DNA of 63,975 nucleotides, counting the filler, from Lenisia limosa (Eukaryota; Protista; Breviatea), in NCBI GenBank assembly GCA_001655205.1. It is 15 parts of 15 records of this genome, joined end to end, with 100 filler letters (N's around TTAATTAATTAA, not from the genome) between each part and the next. Parts side by side here need not be neighbours in the genome. Positions count along the whole stretch, not along the records: positions 25,289 to 26,676 come from LPNZ01003903.1; positions 26,777 to 34,155 come from LPNZ01010798.1; positions 34,256 to 36,655 come from LPNZ01003209.1; 12 more parts are not named here. One strand, given 5' to 3'. This document shows, piece after piece, positions 25,770-36,755 of the stretch. The notes beneath the pieces were generated by a model. It saw only the letters and a program-made list of their open reading frames with translations, ran no database searches and had not been told where the DNA came from. The position numbers were made by a program, and so were the translations under genes. Within the stretch, counting starts at the first letter, position 1, and each line of letters starts with the position of its first letter.

Positions 25770-26320
25770 AACCTATCAGCTAAACACCAGCACTTTCACA
25801 AATCATATCGTTTGGAGCAGACTCGGGAGCAGCTGGTTCTGAGTCAGCAGGTGTTAGGTTGGGGGTCACACCTTCACGAAGCTTGTCTTTCTGCAAGGTC
25901 AAACAAAAGTTGATCATTCAGAACTAAACATTCCTTTATGTGTGTTATAATAGCCAACAAGGCGGAGCCAACTGATATTGTTCTACAACACACACCAATA
26001 ATCAACCCCCCCCCCCCCNNNNNNNNNNNNNNNNNNNNNNNNNNNNNNNNNNNNNNNNNNNNNNNNNNNNNNNNNNNNNNNNNNNNNNNNNNNNNNNNNN
26101 NNNNNNNNNNCCGCATCCCACTGGAGAGGGGTGGATCAAGGGAAATCACGAAAATATAAAGACCAAAGATTTGTATCAGGAGAATTCAAATATAAATCAA
26201 ATGCTTATGAACAATAGTCCATAACGAATAAGACTTGATCATGAGAATGTTTGAGAGAGTTGCCATCCACTCTGCTTACAGCCAACAAGGAAAGGCAGAA
26301 CAAGGGAGTAGTCATAGGCA
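25770..26320 (-). CDS. 3'-terminal exons of an unknown minus-strand gene
   Basis: TTGCAG|KDKLREGVTPNLTPADSEPAAPESAPNDMICESAGV* at about 25890-25780; possible upstream exon about 26320-26283 with a GTAAGC donor. Confidence 0.35.
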
Positions 26321-27775
26321 AGTCTGAACAATAAATGTGATAAGGACCAAAGCGTATTAACACCAGAAAAACCTGCCTAACAGATTAACTCTTCGCTATT
26401 TGTTAGCTTGTTAAATGCGCTACTATTATTTGAACTGTAGTCCGTCAAATGCGGGTCCCTCATATGGTACTGATTAAAAATATATATACTTTATCTATAC
26501 AAAAGCAGGCGTAGAAGGAAACATATTACACTATAGTATATACATATATGATGTTGTTCAAAAGTTAGTAATATGTTTGTACTCACCCAAATAAGGAAGG
26601 TGCCACGATTTGACTTGCAGACATACTTGCAAAGTACCGCCCGTTCATTGTGCCCTGAAATTGTGGCTTTGCGTATNNNNNNNNNNNNNNNNNNNNNNNN
26701 NNNNNNNNNNNNNNNNNNNNTTAATTAATTAANNNNNNNNNNNNNNNNNNNNNNNNNNNNNNNNNNNNNNNNNNNNATCGAATTTTACCCCCCCCCCCGG
26801 GATGTTGTGCTGCAGAAACGACTGGACTGGAACCTAACGGTTGGCTACAGTCTACATCAATAGATATACTTGATGTGTGTACCCATTTTTTAATACTCTC
26901 ATGAAATTACAGTGATGTCAACTTGCGAGCGGGCTAGTCTATATTTGTGGAATCCCTGGCGATCATTAACTGGCGAATAAAAAAAGGGAGAGGGGCGAAC
27001 TTGTCATCTTGCGACCAGACTTGTTTTATAATTTCAGTGCTATCCCAAATTTCAGATCTTACGGTCACTGAAAAACAGAATTTTATCATCAGGATTGTCA
27101 ACTTACGAGCCGTGGATCCCAAGAAATGATTAATTCTGGGAAATTATACACTGAGTATGAACCACATAACTAGGGCTTCCCTAAGGTCCAATAAGACCGG
27201 AAATTATCGATAATTATCAAGAATTTACCATGAATACAGTCTCTTTAAGGACCGCATAGCATAACCCAATGGTTACTAGAATGACAAAGTTGGAAAACTA
27301 CATTCTACAGTTTATAATGTTACATAAAGCTAATATTAAGCTATAGAGGGTAATTGAAGTACTCAATTGCTTCAGCGCACTCGCGGTTTACCTAGTAGGT
27401 ATTATTCTCAAAAATAATTAAAATGAAGTCAGTCATTCAATAATTGTATTATTTGACCAAGTTTTAATTACGTAACAAAAGAGGGAAAACAGAAGAATTC
27501 AAAATAATTTTTAAATAGGTACATATCATAGCTATATCGATAAATATATCTCAACAACAACTTGCTACATTTGATTTAAATAAGAGATGCGAAATACAAA
27601 AATTTGTATCTGGCGAAATCATTGTAATTATAAACACCCTAAAATATCCAAGTTAAACATAAATACGCTCCAATTATATGAGGTAACATTAAAACCAGAT
27701 CAAAGAAGACCTAGCTCGGAAATTTGAACTATTATCTCATCAACGCTGTAATAAAGAGAAATCCCATCATCTCAC

Positions 27776-30700
27776 CACTTCTAGAGTTTGATTGGACATG
27801 GTTGTTCGCCATCTTTCACTCACCTATTTGATTAAAGCAAATACATCGAAAACTTGCAACACTGTATACACTCACAAGAGTCACACATGGTACGGGGGAT
27901 ACTGTTTGAAATCTCCAACTACAAAATGACGATTCATCCCCCCACAGCATTGAGGTTGACCCCGGTGGTGCCGTAAGATCCTTTGAAGTCCTCTGCTCCA
28001 CCTGTCCATTCCTTGACCTTCGCATATACCTGCATGGGGTGTGGGAGAATGGTTTTAAAAAACGAAACATCGGAAAAAACGAAAAATAAATTTACCCAAT
28101 GCACAAAAATCCTTGATCATTATCACTGTATTTATAGGAAAGAGAGCAATCCCCATTTGTATATATGCATATGTAGGTAGAAGAAAACAAGATAGTACTA
28201 TCAAGTCGAAGTGGTGTTGTTATCAGGCATGGATCTGTTGGAAGATTTTGTAAATTTCAAACATTAAATGTTACAGCAAAAAAAAAATATCGCAATAATA
28301 TTTCTTCCATCCCCCCACCTCATCGGTCATTGAGAGTCCAACAAGTGCAAACATTTCCTCAACAACAGGCACGGATATTCTGGGTAGGAATTATTATAAC
28401 CATTACTCTTGCAAATTCTGGAAATGATAATTGAATTTCAGTATGTCACATAATAAAGAATGTCACAGTTTCCAAATAATATATCATTGAATTTATATTA
28501 CAACCAATAATATGTTAAAAACTAAGTGGTAATCGCTCCAAGTATTAGCAACATTTGACAACAAGTTATATGAAAGTAAAAAAATAACAAATTAAAAAAA
28601 AAACAACAGAGATCCATAGAATGTATAATCAAAAGCCTTGGTTTCTTTGAATAATTACACAACAGCACCACCTACTCTTCCATTTTCACGACCATGAAGC
28701 GGTCGCCCATCATTTCACGACCTATTTTGGCTTTCTCCACCATGCGGCGACATATCATTGCTAAAGATTTGTAAGTCCGAGTATATGATAAGAATTTGAA
28801 CAAGGTGGTAACTGGCCTATGCCATCCTATGATCACGCTTGTAAGAGATTTATGATGAAAGCATTCACCTTAGTACAAATGACTTATCAAGTTGCGATTT
28901 TCAAGATTGTATAATTAATGAGAGTACAACATGGTGTCATGTTAAAGAGTCAAATGATAAAAACATTGTCCTCATCCAACTCACAACTTTCCATTCCCCC
29001 ATCTATAAAAACTATGTAAGCTTGTCCCCAGTCAACTAACAAACCAATTTCCGTATTTTCCTTCCATATCTTTACAACCAAATGTATATGGGTGTCCATT
29101 TGCAACCAACACACCAGTTCTCTTACATTACCGTTACAATCTCATCTATAATCCTATTCCTCAATCCTTCATCGATCACACCGTTTCCTAATACAATTGA
29201 CTGAAGCTAAAGTTCAATATCCGGTTCCAGGACTTAATACAGTTGTTTCACTGATCACCAACCATCCACTAGCCTTCAACACCATCCAATATCTTTACCA
29301 CCAAACGTACCAGCAAGTCCATTAACTTGATAGTAGTCGTCTTTCTCCCAATGCACGCGAATTCGGCTGGCTATCATGCCCCTTGGGTCTCTGACCTGCC
29401 ACGAGTAAACAATCACTCCATAGTTTGATAATGTGAATTATTCAATCCAAATATTGTAATGCTCACTAATTGTTATCATCTTTCCCATCTTGGAAGTTGG
29501 AATAGACTAGCAACAAATCTGCATGAATTTGCCATAGAATATTTGTGAGGAATCCACTTGTATGTACAGTCCAAATATGGTCTAAAGCTCCAAATATTGA
29601 GAATAATCAGTACACATAATATCATACTACCATCTGCATCCTATCTTACATTGTGAATAAACACAGTGTTGTCCGGAAGGGTAGTGGCCAGAGCAACGGG
29701 ATTGAAAGCTCGGATAACTTTCGCCACAACATGCCTGAAGTCATCAATATCAGCTTTAAAGATCATGGGTAACAATAATTCAATTTAGTGATCCAAATAC
29801 AGCTGGGTATGAAATAACGATCAACAATTATATAAAAATTTGAAATTGCCACGTAATAAATTTGTCATTATTGGTGCAAGTATTGTCAAAGAATAATGAA
29901 ATTTCAACTAGTTTACAAATTGATAAAAAAATATGTTACATATACGCATATAACATAGTGCCGTCTACTTCAAAACCTATCTCGAGTAGTTGTTACAAGA
30001 CCCATCGTAGAGTTGGCAGTGGTTAATAATCCCACTATTTAAATAGTACTTATACCCACCGTGGAGTTTGACAGTAGTTGTGAATGGTGTCAATAGCACG
30101 TTGCGGCGGGGGCATGGCGATGCTGTCTGGAGTGTTGGAAATAAGAGTGTTGAATGGAAGGTGTACAATTGGGAATTTTAATAAAATTAACCAAATTCAA
30201 CTCTGTTATTTAGGTGTGAGTGATTGAGATCTATCAAATACCTATAACTAACTTTGTAAAATTGGGGGATTTATGAAACAAAAAGCCCAAAATCAACTCT
30301 GCTGGCTTAGAATACAGCGACATTTCCCCCGTTTCTCCAACCCCTCTCCCACTAAATATCATCAAACAAGTCCACTCTGCGAAGTGCTATATTATAACCT
30401 GCTATCTCTTATAATCGTATGGCGTTATATTTCTCATCTCTATATGTAAAATAATACATATTATGTGCGTCTATCAATCTCAAACCTCTCAATCCTAACT
30501 TGTCACAAAAGGTGTTTTGGGGATGACAGTACCACTCCATTCTTGGCATAACTGATTTGACATCACAGGCTAGGACTTTCCTAAGGAAGCACATCTGAAT
30601 TGTTACTTCACATTCAATTGAATTGTGGAATTTCAGCCCGAGATGCACAGAGTATCAAGCGTTACCATTTTTAGACATGTTGTTATTTTTTGCCTACATG

Positions 30701-32488
30701 CCCAATCACTTGATTTGCTTTCAAGAAGGGAAAAAAAATTCGTTTTAGACAAATCATTGGGTTAAATTGCTTCAATTTGATATAAGCCTGATAGTATGGA
30801 CGGCTCCAACTTGCTACAACCTTTTGTCTTATTAGTACATACGATACTGTATATTTCACAAATATGTTCTTTCATGTAGTTCACATATCTCACCTGATCC
30901 TCAGTGTACTTGTAGAGCGGCTCAAAGAAGTACATTACCTTTGTTAGTTAATCAAGAGATTACCAAGTTACAGGTAATATCGCTATTTTACGTGGATTTA
31001 TTGACATATTTACATATTTTGGACCCAATTTTAACAAAAACAACCAATGTAATAGTAATTACATTGGTTTTTGTGATTTGAAAGTGGCATGTTTCTGCAT
31101 ATTCACCTGTGGATAATCCATTCTTATGAGTCGAAAATGACATAACAGCACAATTTCAATCATGAATTTGGGTAGCTAATTTTATTATTTCTGAAAATAT
31201 CAATATTCACGTTATAATTACTGTTAGGTATCACTTAAATCTAAAAAACGCACTTTATTATGGTGAGATAATTGTTGTATAGGTTCAAAAAATAAGACAA
31301 TTGTTGAGAAATATCACACAAAATATGATGTATTGCTCCAACCGGTCCCATTTCCTGTACTACTGTGTCAATAATTTGCAGTAGCTGATACCAGTCTACC
31401 TCATGGTGGAGGCTGAAGATGCTCCCAACCAATGTTGACCCCGAGCGTCCTTCTGATCTGTATGGGTTTAATTCTAACTGAAAAGAGAGAGATGCTACAA
31501 TCATGGGGGTGGTACTGGAGAGGAAGAAAGGCAGTTGGGATGGTGAGGGAGAGTTTCAAAGGGGTTAAAGATGAAAATAGCTACACACATAATATAGGAT
31601 TGACTTTGGTCAGAAAATTGACTCTATATGTATTACAAACGCCCACTCCATTACGTGTACAACATATCATATTGATAATAGTATATAGACCGCGATAACC
31701 CCTAACATTAATGAACCTATTTTTAGTCAATCATGCCACAACTTTTCGCTGTCACTTCATATTATAATAATGACATTTATGTCTTGATTTCAATGAAAAC
31801 TTCACTGAATTTATGCACCCCTCTTACAGAATAACAACCGGGGTTTTAGCAGGCTTTTTGCCGCAATGTTCGATCAATGAAGCCTCCAAAGACCACTTCT
31901 GAAGATATCAAAGAGATGCGATGAATTTGAGATCATTACCACTTGTACTATCTTGATAATGGTGTAATGATAAATATGACACATTGTCCAACAGACAATC
32001 TGAATTACATCATCGGAATTTATTGTAGTGATAACTTCATACAAACTATGTGATATGGAATTCAGTTATGATGTAAAGACAATTAACTGTACGCCTACTT
32101 TGGCACTGAGCTCATCCATATCAATATCGCCTTCAATTGCCTAACAATGTGAAACACACAGAATGAAATGCGGCGCTGATAAAAAAGCGTTATGTCGATG
32201 GATTAATCGCATAAAAGAGTGGACAATAGATAAAAAACAGTTTGGTAAAAAAAATTCACATCCATGTTTGGTCAATATCTCTATATTTCATCAATCTAGA
32301 TCGTAAAAAGGGCTGCTATTTTCCAAAAATGACGGAATAGTTGTGGGAATATATCATGAAATTCAGGTCCTAATTACAATCATCTGACAAATTCACAAAT
32401 TATTGGACTTGTAAATAAACATCATAATCATCATCATCATCATCATCAATTTCCTTACCATCATCACCATAACAATCATCACAATTAC

Positions 32489-32543
<55 letters not shown>

Positions 32544-32923
32544 NNNNNNNNNNAATCATTATCCTCACTTGGGGTGGTTGAAATGTGTTTTGGGGACATG
32601 GGGGGCATTTTGGACATTGCTGTTTGTCAGAATGCCCTTGTCGCTCACCCTGAAAATTGATGAATGATGATCAAGTAGTGGGAAAAGATGGTCTTTTGTT
32701 AAAGTTGTTCATGATTAACACGAGGGCTTCACCACGGTTCAAAATAAAAGATTGAATTTCTTGATAAATCTTTGATAAATATCAATTTCATCAATCTTTT
32801 CGAACCGAAGTGAATTCCTATTTAACAGCCTACATGGTATACAGCTGAGAAGCCAAAGAGAACAACCACACCAAGTGCAAGCAAGCCGATGCGCAGAAAC
32901 AAGTAGATGAATGAAGGGAGCAT
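27776..32923 (-). CDS. Golgi-type carbohydrate sulfotransferase (CHST/GlcNAc-6-O-sulfotransferase-like), type II membrane protein; at least 12 small exons, 3' end unresolved
   Basis: Exon 1 32923-32834 MLPSFIYLFLRIGLLALGVVVLFGFSAVYH (anchor); stem CPKCPPCP (about 32650-32577); 5'-PSB GRSGSTLVGSIFSLHHE (about 31460-31400) joined to VMYFFEPL (about 30940-30900); NYCQTPR|HVVAKVIR; VFIHN|VRDPRGMIASR (3'-PB, about 29395); AMICRRM..DRFMVVKMEE; FALVGLSMTDE; SERWRTTMS (27823-27776). Motif order matches the CHST family. Confidence 0.88.
32420..32543. repeat. (CAT)n microsatellite in a sulfotransferase intron
   Basis: Long ATCATCATC run, interrupted by a small gap. Confidence 0.95.
32722..32820. mobile_element. 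hAT-type MITE family B copy in sulfotransferase intron 1
   Basis: GAGGGCTTCACCACGGTTCAAA...TTCGAACCGAAGTGAATTCCTA; flanks ATTAACAC / TTTAACAG (6/8). Confidence 0.8.
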
Positions 32924-34268
32924 TTCTTTGATTTGGTTTAGGGACGCTAGTAGGTGAAAGATGGGCATCAACAGTTTGTTTAAAGTCCATGCCATTATTT
33001 GAAAATAATTTCACAATTTGAAGTGGGATTTGGAAACTCCATTTCACACACTTTAGTTTTTTATTGTGTCAATTCATTTCTTCAGTTCCTGCCACAACCT
33101 CTCCCTCAATAAATCCCGTATCACATACCCCACCCCTTAATCCCCTCCCCCCGCGCGCCCACAATATCAGAGAGATGCTGTAACTTAAATGGTCCGAAGA
33201 GAGCTTTCAATCAAAAGATACTAAATGAGATTACAATTCACAATTTTAAAACACTCTTTATCAGTTCGGAAATGGGGATGTTTAAGCCGTGGATAGGATG
33301 GTTTTGGATGGAGAAAGAAGCTGATGAATCGAAATATGACTATTTGGGGAATGAGCAGAATGGGGGAAATATCATTGTGATATCATGACATTAATTAACT
33401 AAAGGTATGAAATGAATTATAGTGCAGATAGAAGAGAGAAAAACAGTAATGAATATGAGCAAAGTTTGGTGACAATAGAGTTTGACAAACTTGCCAAATG
33501 GGGAGTGATTATTTTGACAGATTGAAGCTGCTCACCAATTGGCATTTAACAACTGTTTGCTTGTTACTAATGTCTGTACAGCATATTTCCTTATTAAGGT
33601 TGAATTGGTAATTCGTGAGGGAGTGATGCTAATTGTGGGCACTCATTTCTTAATTTCAGTTAAAACCAAGTTAAAACTACGGAAAATAACACTTTTTTAA
33701 TCCAAAGACTTGAAATAATAAGGTTGTATCTGGCTGAAGCCATCAACATCATAACGCTTATAAGATATTGGATTATAGTATAATATAAATTCACACAATC
33801 ATTTGCAACTCTGTGTACACAGCTTTCTGCGTGCCTCCCCAGCAAAACTATAGTTTGAAAAGGGACACATGGACACACATTTGTATGTGACATAATCATT
33901 AATAATACAACACCATAAATACCAATACAATACAGGACGAATTAAGAAACTTTACAAAGAGACATTACATAAAAACAATAATACACAAGTAGCAAGAAGC
34001 TGCAGTCATCTCAGCTTCTTCATTTTGTCTTTCCTTTATTTTGGTATTTCTTCAAAAATTCTTCCATATTTCTTCTTCTTCCTGATAATTCTGCTACGTT
34101 GTCATTGCCACAACACAACCATCAACAGCCAGACACAGGTTGTCTCCCTTCCAGANNNNNNNNNNNNNNNNNNNNNNNNNNNNNNNNNNNNNNNNNNNNT
34201 TAATTAATTAANNNNNNNNNNNNNNNNNNNNNNNNNNNNNNNNNNNNNNNNNNNNCCCCCCCCCCCTA

Positions 34269-36640
34269 GAGTATATAAAATTGCCCCCCCATGTGACACT
34301 ATCGGCGGTGAGTACCATGCCAGCCCAATAGGCCCGTGCGTGGCCTGTCCCCCGGGTACTTATAATCTGCCTGGTTGGTTGGGTGGAAGTAACAGGAGTA
34401 TATTGTTATTTGTCCTAGCGGTTAATATTGATCATGTTGATACTTGGATCTATTCTTATAAAAAAAATGGTTGAAAAATTCCACTTTGCCTGTTTTTATA
34501 ACAAGACGAAATTGACACCACCTCTACAGGAGTGTACACAGAATGCCTGACCTGTGATGACGGTTATGAGCCCAATGACTTAGCCAATGGTTGTGTGCCG
34601 TGCTCGGAAGGATTGTGGGGGATGGGGCACCATTTGATTCTTAATTTTTGAAACAGACCAAAACCATGATCATACGAGTTTTTTTACCCATTATTTATGG
34701 CATTTCCCAATAGTTACAAAAGTACCCGCAATTGACCAGATTACTGATAATTAACCATTTGCTTACCCATAATCTACACTATTATTATTTAGCATACACT
34801 ATTTACGATATTAGTTACACATGATTATGACGATATTACCCATGATTTTTACGATATTAGTTACCAGTCCGGCGGCGATGGAACATGCTCTCCCTGCCCC
34901 CTGGGAACGTGGTCCAATATGACTGCGGCCGCGTCATGCATAGCCTGCCATATGGTGAGGGCTTCTCTGGAGTGATTGGATGCGGTGCTGCAGAAGCGAC
35001 TGGTCTGGGCTTTGTTAAGTTTTGTTGTTATCATCCCTCGTGTGTTGTCAGCCAACAGAGTTGATTTTGGGCTTCTTTGTCACTTAAATTTTCCATTTTC
35101 AACTTACCCCCCAGAACGACACAACCACTCTCGCAGTGCAATCAACCAGCATCGCCGCATGTGTCTGTGCTGAGGGCTTCTACGGGCCCCGCGAGATTAA
35201 CGTTGTGTGTTCGGAATGTACCCCGGAGGCATACTGCAAGGCTGGGTCTTTGGTGCCTATGTGTCCTCTTGGATTGTTGGGGGGGGGGGGGGGNNNNNNN
35301 NNNNNNNNNNNNNNNNNNNNNNNNNNNNNNNNNNNNNNNNNNNNNNNNNNNNNNNNNNNNNNNNNNNNNNNNNNNNNNNNNNNNNNNNNNNNNNNNTCAA
35401 ACAGGTTTACAATTAAACTGAGATCTGTTTTTTTGGAAATGGATACTTGGAAGAAAACGGATATACATTCTATGATACCCTCTCAGTCCCCACTTATCAG
35501 CTCAGCTCTAGCGGGTGGGGGACCCTTGCGCTTAAAAACACTCATGTCTTCAACTCCTCTTACACATTGAATATCATGTAGAAAGGCGAAATAAAACAAG
35601 GTTGTATCTGCCGAAGTCGACCGCTTATTAGAGATATTGGATTATCACCCAATTGTTTCTTTTACAACGCTGTGCACAAAGCTGTCTGCGCCTCACATTG
35701 TAGTTACGGCAGCGTAGGAGACTGTTTGGACTGCCCCCCAGGTGCCGAGTGTAATGGCACCCCGTTACCCGTGGCTCTCCCGGGCTGGGTGTTACATGTG
35801 GGAGGGGGTATCAAAATTATATTTACCTGGAGTAGGACTTCACTTTAGTAGAAATATCAATATTTATCGAGGATTTATCGATAAATTCAGTCTTTTTTTG
35901 AACCGAATTGAAGCCCAACTTGATTACTACCCACCCAGGCTCACACTTCAATATATCCAGCCATTCTCACACTTCAATATATCCAGCCATGCTCGCACTT
36001 CATATCCAGCCATGCTCCCACTTCAATAGAACCAGCCATGCTCACACTTCAATATATCCAGCCATGCTCACACTTCATAGAACCAGCCATGCTCACACTT
36101 CAATAGAACCAGCCATGCTTACTTCACTCTAACAACTCTAGGGCAACACGAGCTTTGAATACGCCTTCCTAGGCCCTTCCGCTGAACAAACCGTTGTTGA
36201 AGTTGTGGATGTGAGAGGATTTTGCTGGTAGATGTTGCCAATAAAATGTGACTGTATTGTCTCAGTAAATCCGCCACTTGTATCTCTTTTTTTAACTACA
36301 AACGCTGCCACCCTCTTTTTAAATAAGCCAAAATCCTTAATACTATAAAAATAGGATTTATTGAGAAGTCAGTCATTATTTGGACCTGAAGCATAGCTTC
36401 ACTTTCGGTTCCATAAAAGGCTGAGTTCTCGATAAATCCTCGATAAATATCGATATTTCATGTGAAGCTCTAACCGGAAGAGAGATGCATTTGTATACCG
36501 CCTGTCCTACTCTGACCCCCAATAGGCGGTGGTGGCGGGAGAAGAGGTGACGGTGAAGATCTGGTCCAAAGATCGGCTCGGTAGAGCACGGGTCACCCCA
36601 GGAGATTCGTTTCTCATGCTTATTACGGCGCTGTCAACTG
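34269..36640 (+). CDS. Cys-rich extracellular protein with ephrin-receptor-like/TNFR-like repeats followed by a filamin-like Ig segment; truncated by linkers at both ends
   Basis: Exons encode PCVACPPGTYN, ECLTCDDGYEP..CVPCSEG, TCSPCPLGTWSNMTAAASCIAC|..TLAVQSTSIAACVCAEGFYG, DCLDCPPGAECNG..PVALPGW, then AVVAGEEVTVKIWSKDRLGRARVTPGDSF (AG...I.S.D..G....GD.F pattern). Confidence 0.7.
34955..35114 (+). repeat. 160-nt intron made almost entirely of repeat family C
   Basis: ATG|GTGAGG donor at 34955; repeat about 34968-35100; ACTTACCCCCCAG| acceptor at 35114; flanking exons join in frame. Confidence 0.85.
35833..35918. mobile_element. MITE family B copy (degenerate, no TSD seen)
   Basis: TAGGACTTCACTTTAG...GAACCGAATTGAAGCCCAA with the shared TTTATCGA internal motif. 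Confidence 0.7.
35935..36124. repeat. Intronic minisatellite, about 26-bp unit, 7-8 copies
   Basis: Unit CCAGCCATGCTCACACTTCAATATAT / ...CAATAGAA with small indels. Confidence 0.9.
36394..36472. mobile_element. MITE family B copy (internally deleted)
   Basis: TAGCTTCACTTTCGGTTCC...CTCGATAAATCCTCGATAAATATCGATATTT..GTGAAGCTCTA. Confidence 0.7.
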
Positions 36641-36755
36641 GTGGGGGGGGGGGGGNNNNNNNNNNNNNNNNNNNNNNNNNNNNNNNNNNNNNNNNNNNNT
36701 TAATTAATTAANNNNNNNNNNNNNNNNNNNNNNNNNNNNNNNNNNNNNNNNNNNN

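Noticed and set aside
32393-32617. Poly-Met ORF
   Set aside because: Antisense translation of a (CAT)n microsatellite inside an intron.
28600-33050. Decayed RCC1-repeat/BTB pseudogene suggested by fragments such as VLVANGHPYTFG and SAHRLAC
   Set aside because: The fragments needed multiple frameshifts and inconsistent strands. The region is fully explained by small exons of a sulfotransferase with ordered motifs.
35935-36124. CRISPR-like array (also considered for 41555-41660 and the 126/204-bp repeats)
   Set aside because: Head-to-tail tandem repeats with no unique spacers, in a eukaryotic intronic or coding context, with no cas genes.
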